From Tubiluchus corallicola (lineage: Eukaryota; Animalia; Priapulida), in the NCBI GenBank assembly GCA_030141605.1, contig JAQGDQ010000581.1:1-64000 (forward strand): a stretch of 64,000 nucleotides of DNA, read 5' to 3'. The notes below the pieces were generated by a model, which was given only the letters and a program-made list of their open reading frames with translations, was not told the DNA's origin and ran no database searches. A program made the translations under genes and the position numbers. This document shows positions 1-12,760 of the stretch, piece after piece. Each line of letters opens with the position of its first letter. Positions within the stretch are counted from its first letter, which is position 1.

Positions 1-6
1 TTTTAG

Positions 7-132
7 ATATATAACGAGACAATACGGGATCTCATAAATCCGTCATCACGAGATTTGGATTTGCGCGAAGACGCCAAAGGTGACATCCAGGTGGCAGGAC
101 TGTCGCAAGTCAAGACAAAATCTTCCAAAGAG
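7..132 (+). CDS. KIF19: KIF19-like kinesin-8, first visible exon (IYNETIRDLINPSSRDLDLREDAKGDIQVAGLSQVKTKSSKE); gene starts upstream of window
   Basis: ttttag acceptor, GAG|gtacat donor, 126 nt; kinesin motor IYNE.IRDL motif. Confidence 0.92.
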
Positions 133-519
133 GTACATATAGTCATTGTAAGAGGGTACAAATAGTCATTGTAAGAGGTTACAAAGAGTCATTGTTAGAG
201 GGTACAAAGAGTCATTGTAAGAGGGTACAAAGAGTCATTGTAAGTGGGTACAAAAAGTCATTGTAAGAGGGTACAAACAGTCGTTGTAAGAGGGTACAAA
301 TAGTCATTGTAAGAGGGTACAAATAGTCATTGTAAGAGGGTACAAATAGTCATTGTAAGAGGGTACAAATAGTCATTGTAAGAGGGTACAAATAGTCATT
401 GTAAGAGGGTACAAATAGTCATTGTAAGAGGGTACAAATAGTCATTGTAAGAGGGTACAAATAGTCATTGTAAGAGGGTACAAAGAGTCATTGTAAGAGG
501 GTACAAAGAGTCATTGTAG
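128..519. repeat. Minisatellite, 23-bp unit (AAGAGGGTACAAATAGTCATTGT) x ~17
   Basis: Direct reading; first unit overlaps the exon/intron junction at 132/133. Confidence 0.95.
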
Positions 520-1743
520 ACCTCCAGAATTGTCATGGGAATATTTTTGTTCCATTTTTAATCGTGTATTTTGCACAAATTCATATTTTAAACATACGGA
601 GTCATTCACTTTTGTAGGAGCCATCTTGAACATGTTGTCACGTTTTTTGCGCAGTTTTCCAAAAAAACCATTTAAATCCCAAAGAAAAACCTATTATTAT
701 TTGAATTCGAAGTAGTGTCATGATGGTTTATAACTGCAAAATGTCAGCCCTAAGTCGTAGCAAAACCGGAACTAACTCGCAAAACTGTAGAGAGAATACA
801 GACAAGTCAGCTGTGACGTCATATTCATTCTTTTAAGTTTAAATTACTGGCTTACTAAAGTACATATTATTTAACAACAATACAGAGGGTCGTAAGAATA
901 ATCTATGCATTTATGCAAGAACAAAAGTCTTCCTTTTTAATATAGTTTCCGTTTTTTCTAACAAGGGTTTTTGATGAGAAGTTCGAAGTTTTTACTAGCA
1001 TTGGTTTCCAAAGTAACAACGTGTAATATGTTTCTCATTTACATGTAGCTACGATCTTGTAGGCTCTCTTCATGTTGCACTGTTGAGTATTCGTACCGTA
1101 CATGGTTTATCAGTGATGTCTTGGTACTTGCCACTGCTTCTGTTCGAAAGGTCGTTTTTTTGCTGAATCGTATGCAGATGAATTTGTGCCAATTGCAACG
1201 TATGTATAATAAAGAGTAAAGGAAACTTGTGTTAAATAATGATTTTGATTAAATTAGCGATTAAATTATTAAATTAATAATTCGAGATTAAATGCACGAC
1301 GATGCAAGATTAAGTTATCGTCGTGGATAGAAGCCTAGTTAGGTGTGGCATCACGTGACCAGCTGATGTTCGACCGGCTGACTTAGAAGTAAAGATTGAT
1401 GATGTAATCCTTATGCGCAGAAGCTCACGGCGCATTAGGTAGTTAGACAAAAGTGTTTTGAGGCCCGCACCTCGAGGGGGAGATTAGGAACTGACTTAAA
1501 GACGGAGGGCTGGCATTACTATCCTCTTATTATAAATACTTGTTAGTTTGGCATGCCCATCGTGGCTACCTCACACGCCACGCGATAAACAACGATAATC
1601 AGCAAGCAGCATTAATCAGAAGAACAAATAAACTTTAACCAAACTATTTTACTTAAAGAAGTTAAAATTTCTTGAAAATTTTATGCAGACCGTTTTTTTA
1701 CGTGTGACTGATCTGCTAACACTCCAGTGTGTATTTGTAACAG

Positions 1744-1881
1744 GTGCTGACATTGCTGATGAAGGGAAACAAGGCAAGGACTCAAGAGGAGACGAATGCC
1801 AATAAGAATTCTTCAAGGTCACATGCCATCTGCATGGTGACTGTGAAACAGAAAAACAAAACAAGAGATATAAAAGAACAG
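1744..1881 (+). CDS. KIF19: KIF19-like exon with switch I (NANKNSSRSHAI)
   Basis: cag acceptor/gtcagc donor, phase 0-0, SSRSH motif. Confidence 0.93.
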
Positions 1882-2609
1882 GTCAGCAGAAAATGGCGCA
1901 GATTACGTAGTTTTTGTAAAAATAAACAATTATTATTATTATAATTCTTTATTTAAAATTAATTGCATATACAAATATTTACATATTTGCAGGGTATGGT
2001 TAAAAAAACTTTGTAAATAAAATAGCTGCTATATTCATAAGACTTTTATGTACCAATAAATCACGGATATACTAATAATATAAAAGAACAACTAAAATGA
2101 AATAGTACCAGTTTACACAAAACGACCCGTATAATATAAAAGAGACTAGAAACAGATATAATATAAAAGTTCAATGTTTTATGCTAAAGTTTGTAAAACG
2201 AATCACAAACTAACTGGGAGGAAGCATCTATCAGGTTTTTGTCACAAGAGGTATAAATTTTACTAATTTTTTTGAGATTGTAGGATATTTGCGAGCGCTA
2301 ATCTTTTATTTTCGTCGATCAGAGTACAACTAAAAAGCAAATGTTCAACTGTTTGTGCTTCCTCTGAACATATACAGGCATTTTCATGTATGTTTCCAAT
2401 TTTGAAAAGAAAATCTTTAAAGTTACCTTGTCCTAGTAAAATGCTACAACATAGTTTTTTAGCCTTCTGCTATTTGTACGAAAAGGAAGGTCTAGTGGAG
2501 TTAAAAAAGTACATTTTCAGGAAGAATAGATAACTCCTGGCATTGGTAGCGAGTACACTAAATCAACAAGAGAACAGCGGATCACTCTGGTGGCATTTTT
2601 GAAAATTAA

Positions 2610-4195
2610 GGGAAAGTTTTGGGAAATCGGGCTTATTTCAATGTTCGAGAAAAATGTTAGAAGGATTTAGTAAAAAAACTGCAATAAGTGCTTCGTGTAA
2701 CTAGTAAAATCACTTTAAAATTGCGGTCATTTCAAACTAAGACGCTCTCATTTTGAATGTGCAATTCTTCTTCCAATGATATCATTCGTCTTGAAGAAAT
2801 GTAGCGTACCGTCAATTTACGTCAATCAAAAGTCTAGCAAATTTTTGCAAAAAAACAGGTAGCTAATTTTGTGATAATTCTGCATGAACATTAGGTAAGC
2901 TGTAGAAGTTTGAATTAGTTTAGGCAGCTCGTGCTTACGGAAAACCACGATGCGCTTACGAAAAGCCACGATGCGCTTACGAAAAGCCACAATGCGCTTA
3001 CGAAAAGCCACGATGCGCTTACGAAAAGCCACGATGCGCTTACGAAAAGCCACGATGCGCTTACGAAAAGCCACGATGCGCTTACGAAAAGCCACGATGC
3101 GCTTACGAAAAGCCACGATGCGCTTACGAAAAGCCACGACGCGCTTACGGAAAGCCACGACGCGCTTACTGAAAACCACGATGCGCTTACGAAAAGCCAC
3201 GATGCGCTTACGAAAAGCCACGATGCGCTTACGAAAAGCCACGATGCGCTTACGAAAAGCCACGATGCGCTTACGAAAAGCCACGATGCGCTTACGAAAA
3301 GCCACGATGCGCTTACGAAAAGCCACGATGCGCTTACGGAAAGCCACGATGCGCTTACGAAAAGCCACGATGCGCTTACGAAAAGTCACGATGCACTTAC
3401 GAAAAGCCACGATGCGCTTACGAAAAGCCACGATGCGCTTACAAAAAGTCACGATGCGCTTACGAAAAGTCACGATGCGCTTACTAAAAGCCACGATGCG
3501 CTTACGAAAAGTCACGATGCGCTTACGAAAAGTCACGATGCGCTTACGAAAAGTCACGATGCGCTTACGAAAAGTCACGATGCGGTTACGAAAAGTCACG
3601 ATGCGGTTACAAAAAGTCACGATGCGCTTACGAAAAGCCACGATGCGCTTACGAAAAGTCACGATGCGCTTACGAAAAGTCACGATGCGGTTACGAAAAG
3701 TCACGATGCAGTTACAAAAAGTCACGATGCGCTTACGAAAAGTCACGATGCGCTTACGAAAAGCCACGATGTGCTTACGAAAAACCACGATGCGCTTACG
3801 AAAAGCCACGATGCGCTTACGAAGAGCCACGATGCGCTTACGGAAAGTCATAAAGTTCAGCAGTTACGTTACAGTTTTCAAGAGAATGGTAGCTATCACC
3901 GCGCCTGAAAATTTCTAATTTTTAATTAATTTAAATTAACTTTTGCTTTACAGACAGTTTTTGCAAATTTCTTTATTACATTTTTAAGTTTAAGTGACAG
4001 TAGTAAAATAAGTTCAACATGATAAGTGACTTGTGCTTTAGTTTCTGACGTAAGCAACAGCTGTGTTCGGTTGCCGTCAATTAACTTTCTAAGCTAATTA
4101 TTCAAATATAAAAAACAATTGCTAAATTTTATAGTTTGGACAGTTGGACAATAAATTAAAATGAGACAGAGTCTAAACAATCATCCGGTTTTCCT
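2610..4195. mobile_element. Non-autonomous TTAA/AGG-ended (Kolobok-like) element hosting the 21-mer array
   Basis: Homologous to 16040-16790 and (inverted) 29600-30080; right end homologous to 43500-43662. Confidence 0.55.
2931..3850. repeat. Minisatellite, 21-bp unit (GCGCTTACGAAAAGCCACGAT) x ~44
   Basis: Direct reading; source of spurious ORFs in the track. Confidence 0.97.
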
Positions 4196-5456
4196 TTATA
4201 AAACAGATTTACGGAATATCAAGAAACGATTGATACCCCTGCGGAGTAGACTGATAACTCGAAAGGAATGGATAAAAACGGATGAAACTATGAAAAAAAG
4301 AGTATTTAATTTTGAATAAAAGAAAACTTATTTTAATAACTTGTTTGTTGCCATTCCGAAAACTTGATACGGAATTGAAGCAACCATTTTTTGCGCATAA
4401 AGGTATGGTAAGCTACCAGTGAGAAAGCAATCGATAATTGAGGTTTATAAACAAATAAACGAATTACATTTTTAGCCAATCCCGCCAGAAGTTTCTGGAA
4501 CACCAAAGCAGACGTCATTGTATTAATGCAGGTCCGGGTATGCCTCTAGGCAAATCTAGGCAGTTGCTTAGGCGCCATCTTGTGGTAGGAAATCTTATCA
4601 AGGAAACAGGATGATTTTCCATATCTGACTCAGTGTTGAAGTACGATTAAAACTATACATTTTGACACTTATAATAATGCCTAAGCGGTTATGATAATAG
4701 CTTCGGGACTTTACTAATGGCGGGGGAGCCCAACTGTTGATGACCACAAACTAACATCACTTTCAACAGCAAAAATGTTCCACCTGCGTGTTGCGCGTGT
4801 TTGTGAAAGCGAAAATTGAAGTACAGTGCCGCTGTAAGATATTCAGTGTGTTGTACTAAAACTAAGCAAATTTTAACATAAAAGTTCATATTTCAAATTT
4901 ACCGCTGTGCTCACGCATGCGCTCTCGAATGTGAACACTACGTCACAACTGAACATCTGTGAACTGCGAGGTTCGGCGCCTGTTTTTTGTGCAACGTGTT
5001 TCATACATGCAGGCGCTAGTGTCTAGCTGACTGGCGAATCGCGAAATGCATGTAACAGGGAACAACTAGCCGCGGGAACGTGAAATTACGTTTCTGTGGT
5101 GATAATTCACGTAACTCTTTCTTGAAAAAATAGCATGTTCCCGTTGAATATTTCATTGATTAGATTGTTCTGAGCTATCATGTAAGATAGGTTTTCCTTT
5201 AAATTTTAACTTTAGGATAAGTAATAATAATAGAGCATGTCAAGTTGCTTAAGTGCACAACGCTTCAAATTAATGAAATGAATCACTGCGTTATTTTCCT
5301 GTTGCAATATGATCCATGGTCGCTAATATGGAATTCTCTTCTCTCTTGCTTTACATGGCTTCCTGCCTGTTCTGGCTTCCTATGATTACGTCATTGCATG
5401 CGGATATTACCCTGCTTTTGCCACAATATAAAATCCATTACCAGAGTTTATACTGT

Positions 5457-6010
5457 TTGTTGGCATCCTTCTGTCTCGGAAGACAATGGAGTGTGCGCCA
5501 AGAGAGTCAGTTATTGATCACATTGATGGAGCTGCAGCCTCGACTGTGGCTGAGCAGTCGGATCCTTGAACCACTGGAGTGGCCTCTCCAGGGTGCACGC
5601 CTGGGCAAGGTGTATGGAGATCCTGAGTTGCCCAGACAACAGGAACCCCCTCCCTTCCTCCCTGGTATAGTCCAAAGGAAAGCAGAGCGATACGTTTGGC
5701 ACCAGGTTGGCTGCAGGAGCTGCCAGAGTCAGTGAGCATGCTGCACTGGTCCGCCTTCGGAGCTCTACTCCTGATTTGGAAGGTTTACACCTCTACACGT
5801 GGGCGTTGGGTCACTTGACCTCCTCCGCCCTCTAGCCGTTGGCTGCTTGTGCAGCTCCTTCGCCTAGTGTCAAGATACAGTGTGGGCATCCCGCAAGCCT
5901 ACAGCACCTGGTATTCCTAGGCGGCCACCCATCCAAGAACTAACCCGGCTCTACGTTGCTTAACTTCGGTGATCAGACGAGAACCGGTGTTTTCAACGTG
6001 ATTTGGCCGT
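5457..6010 (-). mobile_element. 5S-headed SINE (SINE3-type) with RTE-like body and tail
   Basis: 11-bp TSD GTTTATACTGT at 5446-5456 and 6011-6021; body repeated at 44641-45030. Confidence 0.8.
5895..6010 (-). pseudogene. 5S rRNA-derived sequence, slightly 5'-truncated; head of a retroposon
   Basis: Reverse complement reads ACGGCCAAATCACGTTGAAAACACCGGTTCTCGTCTGATCACCGAAGTTAAGCAACG...GGATGGGTGGCCGCCTAGGAATACCAGGTGCTGTAGGCTT; no oligo-T terminator follows. Confidence 0.9.
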
Positions 6011-6617
6011 GTTTATACTGTAAGAGCAGCGAAAGTAACGAATGATTCTGTTAATAAAACATTCCTGCAATAGCATTAAAATGTAATCACGGCAAAGAAA
6101 CCAGTAAGGATCGTAATACCGGAAATGAAAGGTTAAAAGGACTGAGAGACATTGAACAGCAACAAGATTCATTATTGAAGTGTTTGTAACTAGACCAGAG
6201 TTATGCATGATGCTAGAATCAACTATATGTACTGCTGTAATAACTGTAATACTACAGTAATTGTGTTAGTTCCACATGCATTGGATTTCTGAATTAAGTA
6301 GCAACATTGTACATTACCATGTACAACTTGTACTTCGCATGGGCTTATAGACTTTATGTACATCGAGAATCGTTTCTGTTATCGTATCTATTGTATGGGT
6401 TTTGTAAATTTCAATTAAGTATTAACTAATGAACTAGTCGTATTTTTGAATGAGCTATTTTGAGTTATTACGTACTCGAATTAACTAATTGTATATTTCA
6501 TCACTGCACATAGTGGAAATACTGTGATCAGTAATAGTTACTGTGTTGTAAATCCACTTAAAATAAATAAACTTTATGTCATGAAACTGTTACAACTTGC
6601 TACGCGAAAAACGAAGA

Positions 6618-7384
6618 ACAAGTCACCCAGCATGTTGGGTTTATCTTACTGTTATCACTTAAACTGTTTGTAGTGTGCTAAAGGAAAGCACAAGTCACTC
6701 ATCTTGCCGGGTTTATTTTACTGTTGTCACTTAAACTGTTTGTGGTGTGCTAAAGGAAAACAAGTCACTCAGCTTGCCGGGTTTATTTTACTGTTGTCAC
6801 TTAAACTGTTTGCGGTGTGCTAAAAGAAAACAAGTCACTCAGCTTGCCGGGTTTATTTTACTGTTATCACTTAAACTGTTTGTAGTGTGCTAAAGGAAAA
6901 CAAGTCACTTAGCTTGCCGGGTTTATTTTACTGTTATCACTTAAACTGTTTGTGGTGTGCTAAAGGAAAACAAGTCACTCAGCTTGCCGGGTTTATTTTA
7001 CTGTTATCATTTAAACTGTTTGTAGTGTGCTAAAGGAAAACAAGTCACTCAGCTTGCCGGGTTTATTTTACTGTTATCACTTAAACTGTTTGTAGTGTGC
7101 TAAAGGAAAACAAGTCACTCAGCTTGCCGGGTTTATTTTACTGTTATCACTTAAACTGTTTGTGGTGTGCTAAAGGAAATCAAGTCACTCAGCTTGCCGG
7201 GTTTATTTTACTGCTATCACTTAAACTGTTTGTAGTGTGCTAAAGGAAAACAAGTCACTCAGCTTGCTGGGTTTATTTTACTGTCATCACTTAAACTGTT
7301 TGCGGTGTGCTAAAGGAAAACAAGTCACTCAGCTTGCCGGGTTTATTTTACTGTTATCACTTAAACTGTTTGCGGTGTGCTAAA
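6618..7384. repeat. Minisatellite, 70-bp unit x ~11
   Basis: Unit CAAGTCACTCAGCTTGCCGGGTTTATTTTACTGTTATCACTTAAACTGTTTGTAGTGTGCTAAAGGAAAA. Confidence 0.95.
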
Positions 7385-7730
7385 TATCCATTCAAAATAA
7401 AATAAATAAATAAATAATGTATATAAAGATGATGAAGATAGTGGAAGGAACGTATGCGAAAAGATGTGCAGTAGAAATTCTAAAACTTTTGATTGTACAT
7501 GAACACTCATGGCGTATAATAGGGTGATAAGTTTAGTTTCAAATTCAATCAACAGAAGCTGTAGATAGGTAATTAATAGCATTTTATTAGTAGGGCATAA
7601 CACGCGTGTAAATGTAACACAACACACAGGTTACATTATACTTTATTAATTACTATTATGTTATATTATATTACATTACATTACATTGTATTGTATTGTG
7701 TTGCATTGCATTGCATAGATAGTATAGTGC

Positions 7731-7884
7731 AGTGTAGTGTAGTGTAGTGTAGTGTAGTGTAGTGTAGTGTAGTGTAGTGTAGTGTAGTGTAGTGTAGTGT
7801 AGTGTAGTGTAGTGTAGTGTAGTGTAGTGTAGTGTAGTGTAGTGTAGTGTAGTGTAGTGTAGTGTAGTGTAGTGTAGTTTAGTG
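7731..7884. repeat. (AGTGT)n microsatellite
   Basis: Direct reading. Confidence 0.95.
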
Positions 7885-8592
7885 CATTGCGCGTTGTGCT
7901 CTATGCATTTTATTATTTATTATATCTCGACTTACTGCACAAATTTTCTTCCTTTTGTTTTTTGTTGTGCATTCATTGTTCATTATTTAACTACATTTTC
8001 GTTCATTTGCTGCGTTTTAGTTCACTCGCTGCATTTATGATTTAACCAGATTGCTCGCTTTTTTGTTGTTGTATTCATGATTTGTTCAGTTGTTGTTTTA
8101 ATTTTTATTTGCATTATTTGCTTGCTTTTTTTTTCCATTTTTATAATTATAATATAACTGCTTTGCATCTTGTTTATTTGCTACACTTAAGACCTAACCA
8201 CGTATTTATTCACTTAACCATGTAGTCTGCCGTGCTTTATAATATTTCTAAGTTATATAGGGGCGGCTGACTCGATGACCTCCTGGTCTTTCGCTATCCC
8301 ATCTCTACATACTTTACATAATTTGTTGTATTTGTGCTATAAATATTATATTAGAGATAAATAAACCTTTGAATTGAATTGAATATTACATTCAATTTTG
8401 TAGTTGAGTGCATGGGGGATGGTGGAGAAAGGGGTTGACCGTTGAGAAGGGGTGCTAAAAATACCTCTGCTTAAGGCGTCAAACAACCTACATAGACCCA
8501 GTATCGACGCGATAAATAATTCACTGGTTTTGTAATAAATGATAAATAATAATGATTACTAAATTCGTAAATATGAAAACGTGTTTTTACAG

Positions 8593-8734
8593 GTGAGAGT
8601 CGGCAAGTTGTTCATGATAGATCTCGCCGGTTCCGAGAGGGCGGCCCACACGATGAATCGAGGAAAACGCATGGTAGAGGGCGCGCACATCAACCGCTCA
8701 CTTCTTGCTCTGGGAAACTGCATCAACGCCTTAA
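8593..8734 (+). CDS. KIF19: KIF19-like exon with switch II ([12 protein letters not shown]...[16 protein letters not shown])
   Basis: DLAGSE motif; ttttacag/gtatgt splice sites; phase 0-1. Confidence 0.95.
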
Positions 8735-9584
8735 GTATGTGCAAATATTTCTTGGATACACTCCTGTAAAAAGTAACTCCTACAAAGCCTTGTTTCGTGC
8801 TTCTTGTGCCCAGAAGGTTTTTCCAAACAATTCTATACCTTATTACTGGATGTTGATCATGCATTATAAGCTACAATTTCTTAGTTTTAAGGGTTACACT
8901 ACAGAGCTGTGAATTCACGTAAAAACAGTCACAGATTATTATTATTATTATTATTATTATTATAATTCTTTATTTTCAAAAAACTATGTACAGAATACAT
9001 TCTCTCTATTTGTAGGGATATGTTTAAAATTTCTAAAAGCATTTACAACGTATTAAACGTATAATTCACACACACACACACGCACGCACGCACGCACGCA
9101 CGCACACACAAACGCACGCACGCACACGCACACGCACACACACACACACACAAACACACGCACACGCACACACACACACACACACACATTTAGAATCCAA
9201 CGTATGAGGCACATTGAACGACAACGATCATATACAATAGACATAGTTACAAATTATAATCCAACACTACATACATACATGATAAAAGATAACGAACATA
9301 TTTTAATACTTGGTAACAAAAATTCACACACATTATACACACGAAAAACAGCGAGTACAATTATAATAAACATAATTACCAATTACAATCACAGAAAAAA
9401 GTCACAGGGAAAGAATAGTTAGAAAAAAAGAAATAACCCCAATTATAAGTTTTTCCTGTGACTTTTTTACAGGTTACCACACTAAGCACACAGAAATGTG
9501 AGAGGGTTTTGTAAATGCTGCAGTTACTCTTTCAGACTACCGAGTTTTTTGTCACAATTTTTTAAAGTGTGAACTTCTTTTCCA

Positions 9585-10080
9585 GTTATTGTCAGCAAGT
9601 TATTGCAAACTCTCTGGCAGTTGCTGTGAGTTACTGTCCGCAAGTTATTGCAAACTCTCTGGCAGTTGCTGTGAGTTACTGTCCGCAAGTTATTGCAAAC
9701 TCTCCGACAGTCGCTGTGAGTTACTGTCAGCAAGTTATTGCAAACTCTCTGACAGTCGCTATGAGTTACTGTCAGCAAGTTATTGCAAACTCTCTGACAG
9801 TCGCTATGAGTTACTGTCAGCAAGTTATTGCAAACTCCCCAAAAGTTGATGTGAGTTACTGTCCGCATGTTATTGCAAACTCCCCGACAGTCGGTATGAG
9901 TTACTGTCAGCAAGTTGTTGCAAACTCTCTGACAGTTGCTGTGAGTTACTGTCAGCAAGTTATTGCAAATTCTCAGACAGTTGCTGTGAGTTACTGTCCG
10001 CACATTATTGCAAACTCCCCGACAGTTGCTGTGAGTTACTGTCAGCAAGATATTGCAAACTCTCCGCCAGTTGCTGTGAG
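9585..10080. repeat. Minisatellite, 45-bp unit x ~11, inside a Harbinger-like MITE (~9525-10260)
   Basis: Unit GAGTTACTGTCAGCAAGTTATTGCAAACTCTCTGACAGTCGCTGT; single unit in the MITE copy at 18280-18529. Confidence 0.9.
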
Positions 10081-10328
10081 GTGACTTACTGTCTAGTGTG
10101 AATGCCTCAGTGAGTTACTTTCAACACTTCTCACTGTGAATAGAGAAGTGAGGGTCAGTTCATACTTACTGTCGGAGAGTATCTTGCAGCAAGTTTTGCT
10201 TTCTGGTCTAAATATGCTCGCAAGTTACTTGGCGAGAAAACTTTCTAGTCTGAACGCACCCTTACAATGTGTTCTAAACTGCAAAACGATGCGAATTGAA
10301 TTACAAGTTTGAACTGGTTTCTTAACAG

Positions 10329-10510
10329 CTGAAAAAGGTGCTAAATACGTGAATTACCGAGACAGCAAGTTGACCAGGTTGTTGAAAGACTCGCTTGGTG
10401 GAAACAGTAGAACTGTGATGATAGCTACAATAACTCCCTCAAGTCTACAGTTTGAGGAGTCGAGGAATACGCTGTTGTATGCAGACAGAGCCAAGAATAT
10501 TAAAACAAAG
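10329..10510 (+). CDS. KIF19: KIF19-like exon, end of motor domain ([27 protein letters not shown]...[11 protein letters not shown])
   Basis: Conserved kinesin motif; phase 1-0; aag|gtgagt donor. Confidence 0.95.
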
Positions 10511-10546
10511 GTGAGTGCAGAATTTACCCAGCCAATTACTATTCAG

Positions 10547-11098
10547 ATGTATGTATGTATGTATGTATGTATGTATGTATGTATGTATGTATGTATGTAT
10601 GTATGTATGTATGTATGTATGTATGTATGTATGTATGTATGTATGTATGTATGTATGTATGTATGTATGTATGTATGTATGTATGTATGTATGTATGTAT
10701 GTATGTATGTATGTATGTATGTATGTATGTATGTATGTATGTATGTATGTATGTATGTATGTATGTATGTATGTATGTATGTATGTATGTATGTATGTAT
10801 GTATGTATGTATGTATGTATGTATGTATGTATGTATGTATGTATGTATGTATGTATGTATGTATGTATGTATGTATGTATGTATGTATGTATGTATGTAT
10901 GTATGTATGTATGTATGCATCTATGTATGTATGTATGTATGTATGTATGTATGTATGTATGTATGTATGTATGTATGTATGTATGTATGTATGTATGTAT
11001 GTATGTATGTATGTATGTATGTATGTATGTATGTATGTATGTATGTATGTATGTATGTATGTATGTATGTATGTATGTATGTATGTATGTATGTATGT
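10547..11098. repeat. (TATG)n microsatellite, ~550 bp
   Basis: Direct reading. Confidence 0.97.
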
Positions 11099-11690
11099 AG
11101 TTTATTGACTAAAACTAGTTACATGTATACACGAGGAACGAGGTAAATGCCACAATCGATACATTAGTGATTTTAGTCCAAATGTCACTTTACGTACATT
11201 TCCTACTCAAGGTTATAGCATTAAAAACAGTGTTATGCATACAAGGTACATCAGCACAAAAGTTGCAAAATTTCATAACATATTATATAACAATTAGTGT
11301 GCTCAAAGAAGTGAGTTAAATCAGCAAAGTTTACATTGTCGTAGCGGTTTGTAATATTTGATGTTAGGGGGCGTGTCTGTATAACGTGTTTCTCAGTTTG
11401 AATGTCCCCACAAGGACGTAAGCTATTTTCCCTTGGCTGTCTCGCCCATCTACCCGTTTCTATCCACAGCCTATGTGACTGAAGATGCATTCTTGTGAAG
11501 CTTATCCGATGATGCTCAAATATTGTCGATTCAGAACGAGGAGTTTCGAGACCGGGGTTCAATTCCAAGTAGGTTACACCACATGTAGAATTGACCCGAT
11601 TCCTTATGCGCTGTTCCAACAAAACTCTCTGCTTAGGTATATAGTCTGGCAACGTCAGACATTGTACTCCTGGATAGTGATTATAAGGTG
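11099..11690 (-). mobile_element. 3' end of a degenerate non-LTR retrotransposon (RTEX/L1-like C-terminal Cys/His domain)
   Basis: Translation SHRLWIETGRW...REN...PCG.IQTEKHV; AATAAA followed by (ACAT)n tail. Confidence 0.75.
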
Positions 11691-11739
11691 CATAATCAAA
11701 ATCGTCCATAAGTCGATAATTAATCTCTTCTAGTTATTC

Positions 11740-12250
11740 ACATATCCTGAATCTGCATTTCATGAGGATCATTTTGATACCAAGTTGATTACTCTATGTT
11801 ATTTCTAAGCTCAGATAATCAACAGTGAAGTTGAGGTCGTTAAACGAAACCAAAATTTCCATAGAAAGTAATGTAAAAGAATTGAGATACGTTCCAGAGG
11901 CAAAATTTCCATAGAAAGTAATGTAAAAGCACAGAGATACACATCCTGAATCTCCACTTCATGAAGATCACTTCGATACTAAGTTCATCACTCTATGTTA
12001 TTTCTAAGCTCAGATAATCCACGTTGAAGTTCAGGTCGTTAAACGAAACCAAAATTTCCATGAAAGTAATGTAAAGGAATTGAGATACACATCCTGAATC
12101 TGCATTTCATGAGGATCATTTTGATACCAAGTTCATAGCTCTATGTTATTTATAAGCTCAGATAATCAACAGTGAAGTTGAGGTCGTTAAACGAAACCAA
12201 AATTTCCATAGAATGTAACGTAAAACAATTGAGATACGTTCCAGAGGCAA
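11740..12250. repeat. Three ~150-200-bp tandem units of a dispersed repeat also present inverted at ~24075-24180
   Basis: CATCCTGAATCTGCATTTCATGAGGATCATTTTGATACCAAG recurs. Confidence 0.8.
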
Positions 12251-12760
12251 AAATCAACGCTGCTTAAATCATATAAATTAAAAGTTTTATGAGTTTTTTC
12301 TGCCAATTAATTTCTTTCTGCTTGTTTAAAAGGTGTCAAATGTTCAATGTCGTTAAAATGAAATGTCGCTAAACGGGGAAGTCATTAAGCGAGGACTTAC
12401 TGTGCAAAAATAAATGTGGTTCGCTTCTTGCCAAATCTTAGAGGCAGCACAGCTCTCTCTAGTATGCCTCTTTTCTCTGTTCTCCACCTCGCCTTTTTAA
12501 TGCTTGAACTGTTTTTTATACCACACATCCTTACACTAAGAATGTAAACACACAAAAAAGTTGATGTCTTCTAGATTGTGACGTTTCACAATGGTCTGAC
12601 CTGGCACAATGCTTAGTCAGCACAATGCTTAGTGAATGTTGTGCCTTAGTGACATATTCACTGCTAAAAGTTTAAATACAAAACAGGGACATACAAGATT
12701 GTCTAGGAAAATCAATAACCTTATAATAGCTCATTCGCAAAAGCTTCCTTTTGCCTGAAG

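Noticed and set aside
2826-3918. Three 320-340 aa ORFs (RKRIVAF / LTKSHDA / MRLRKAT repeats)
   Set aside because: A stop-free 21-bp tandem repeat inside a MITE in an intron; open in several frames on both strands.
5895-6010. Functional 5S rRNA gene
   Set aside because: Lacks the first ~4 nt and the oligo-T terminator, and lies inside a TSD-bounded insertion.
10511-11146. Long MYVC/HTYI ORFs extending the kinesin exon
   Set aside because: (TATG)n microsatellite; the exon ends at the gtgagt donor at 10510.
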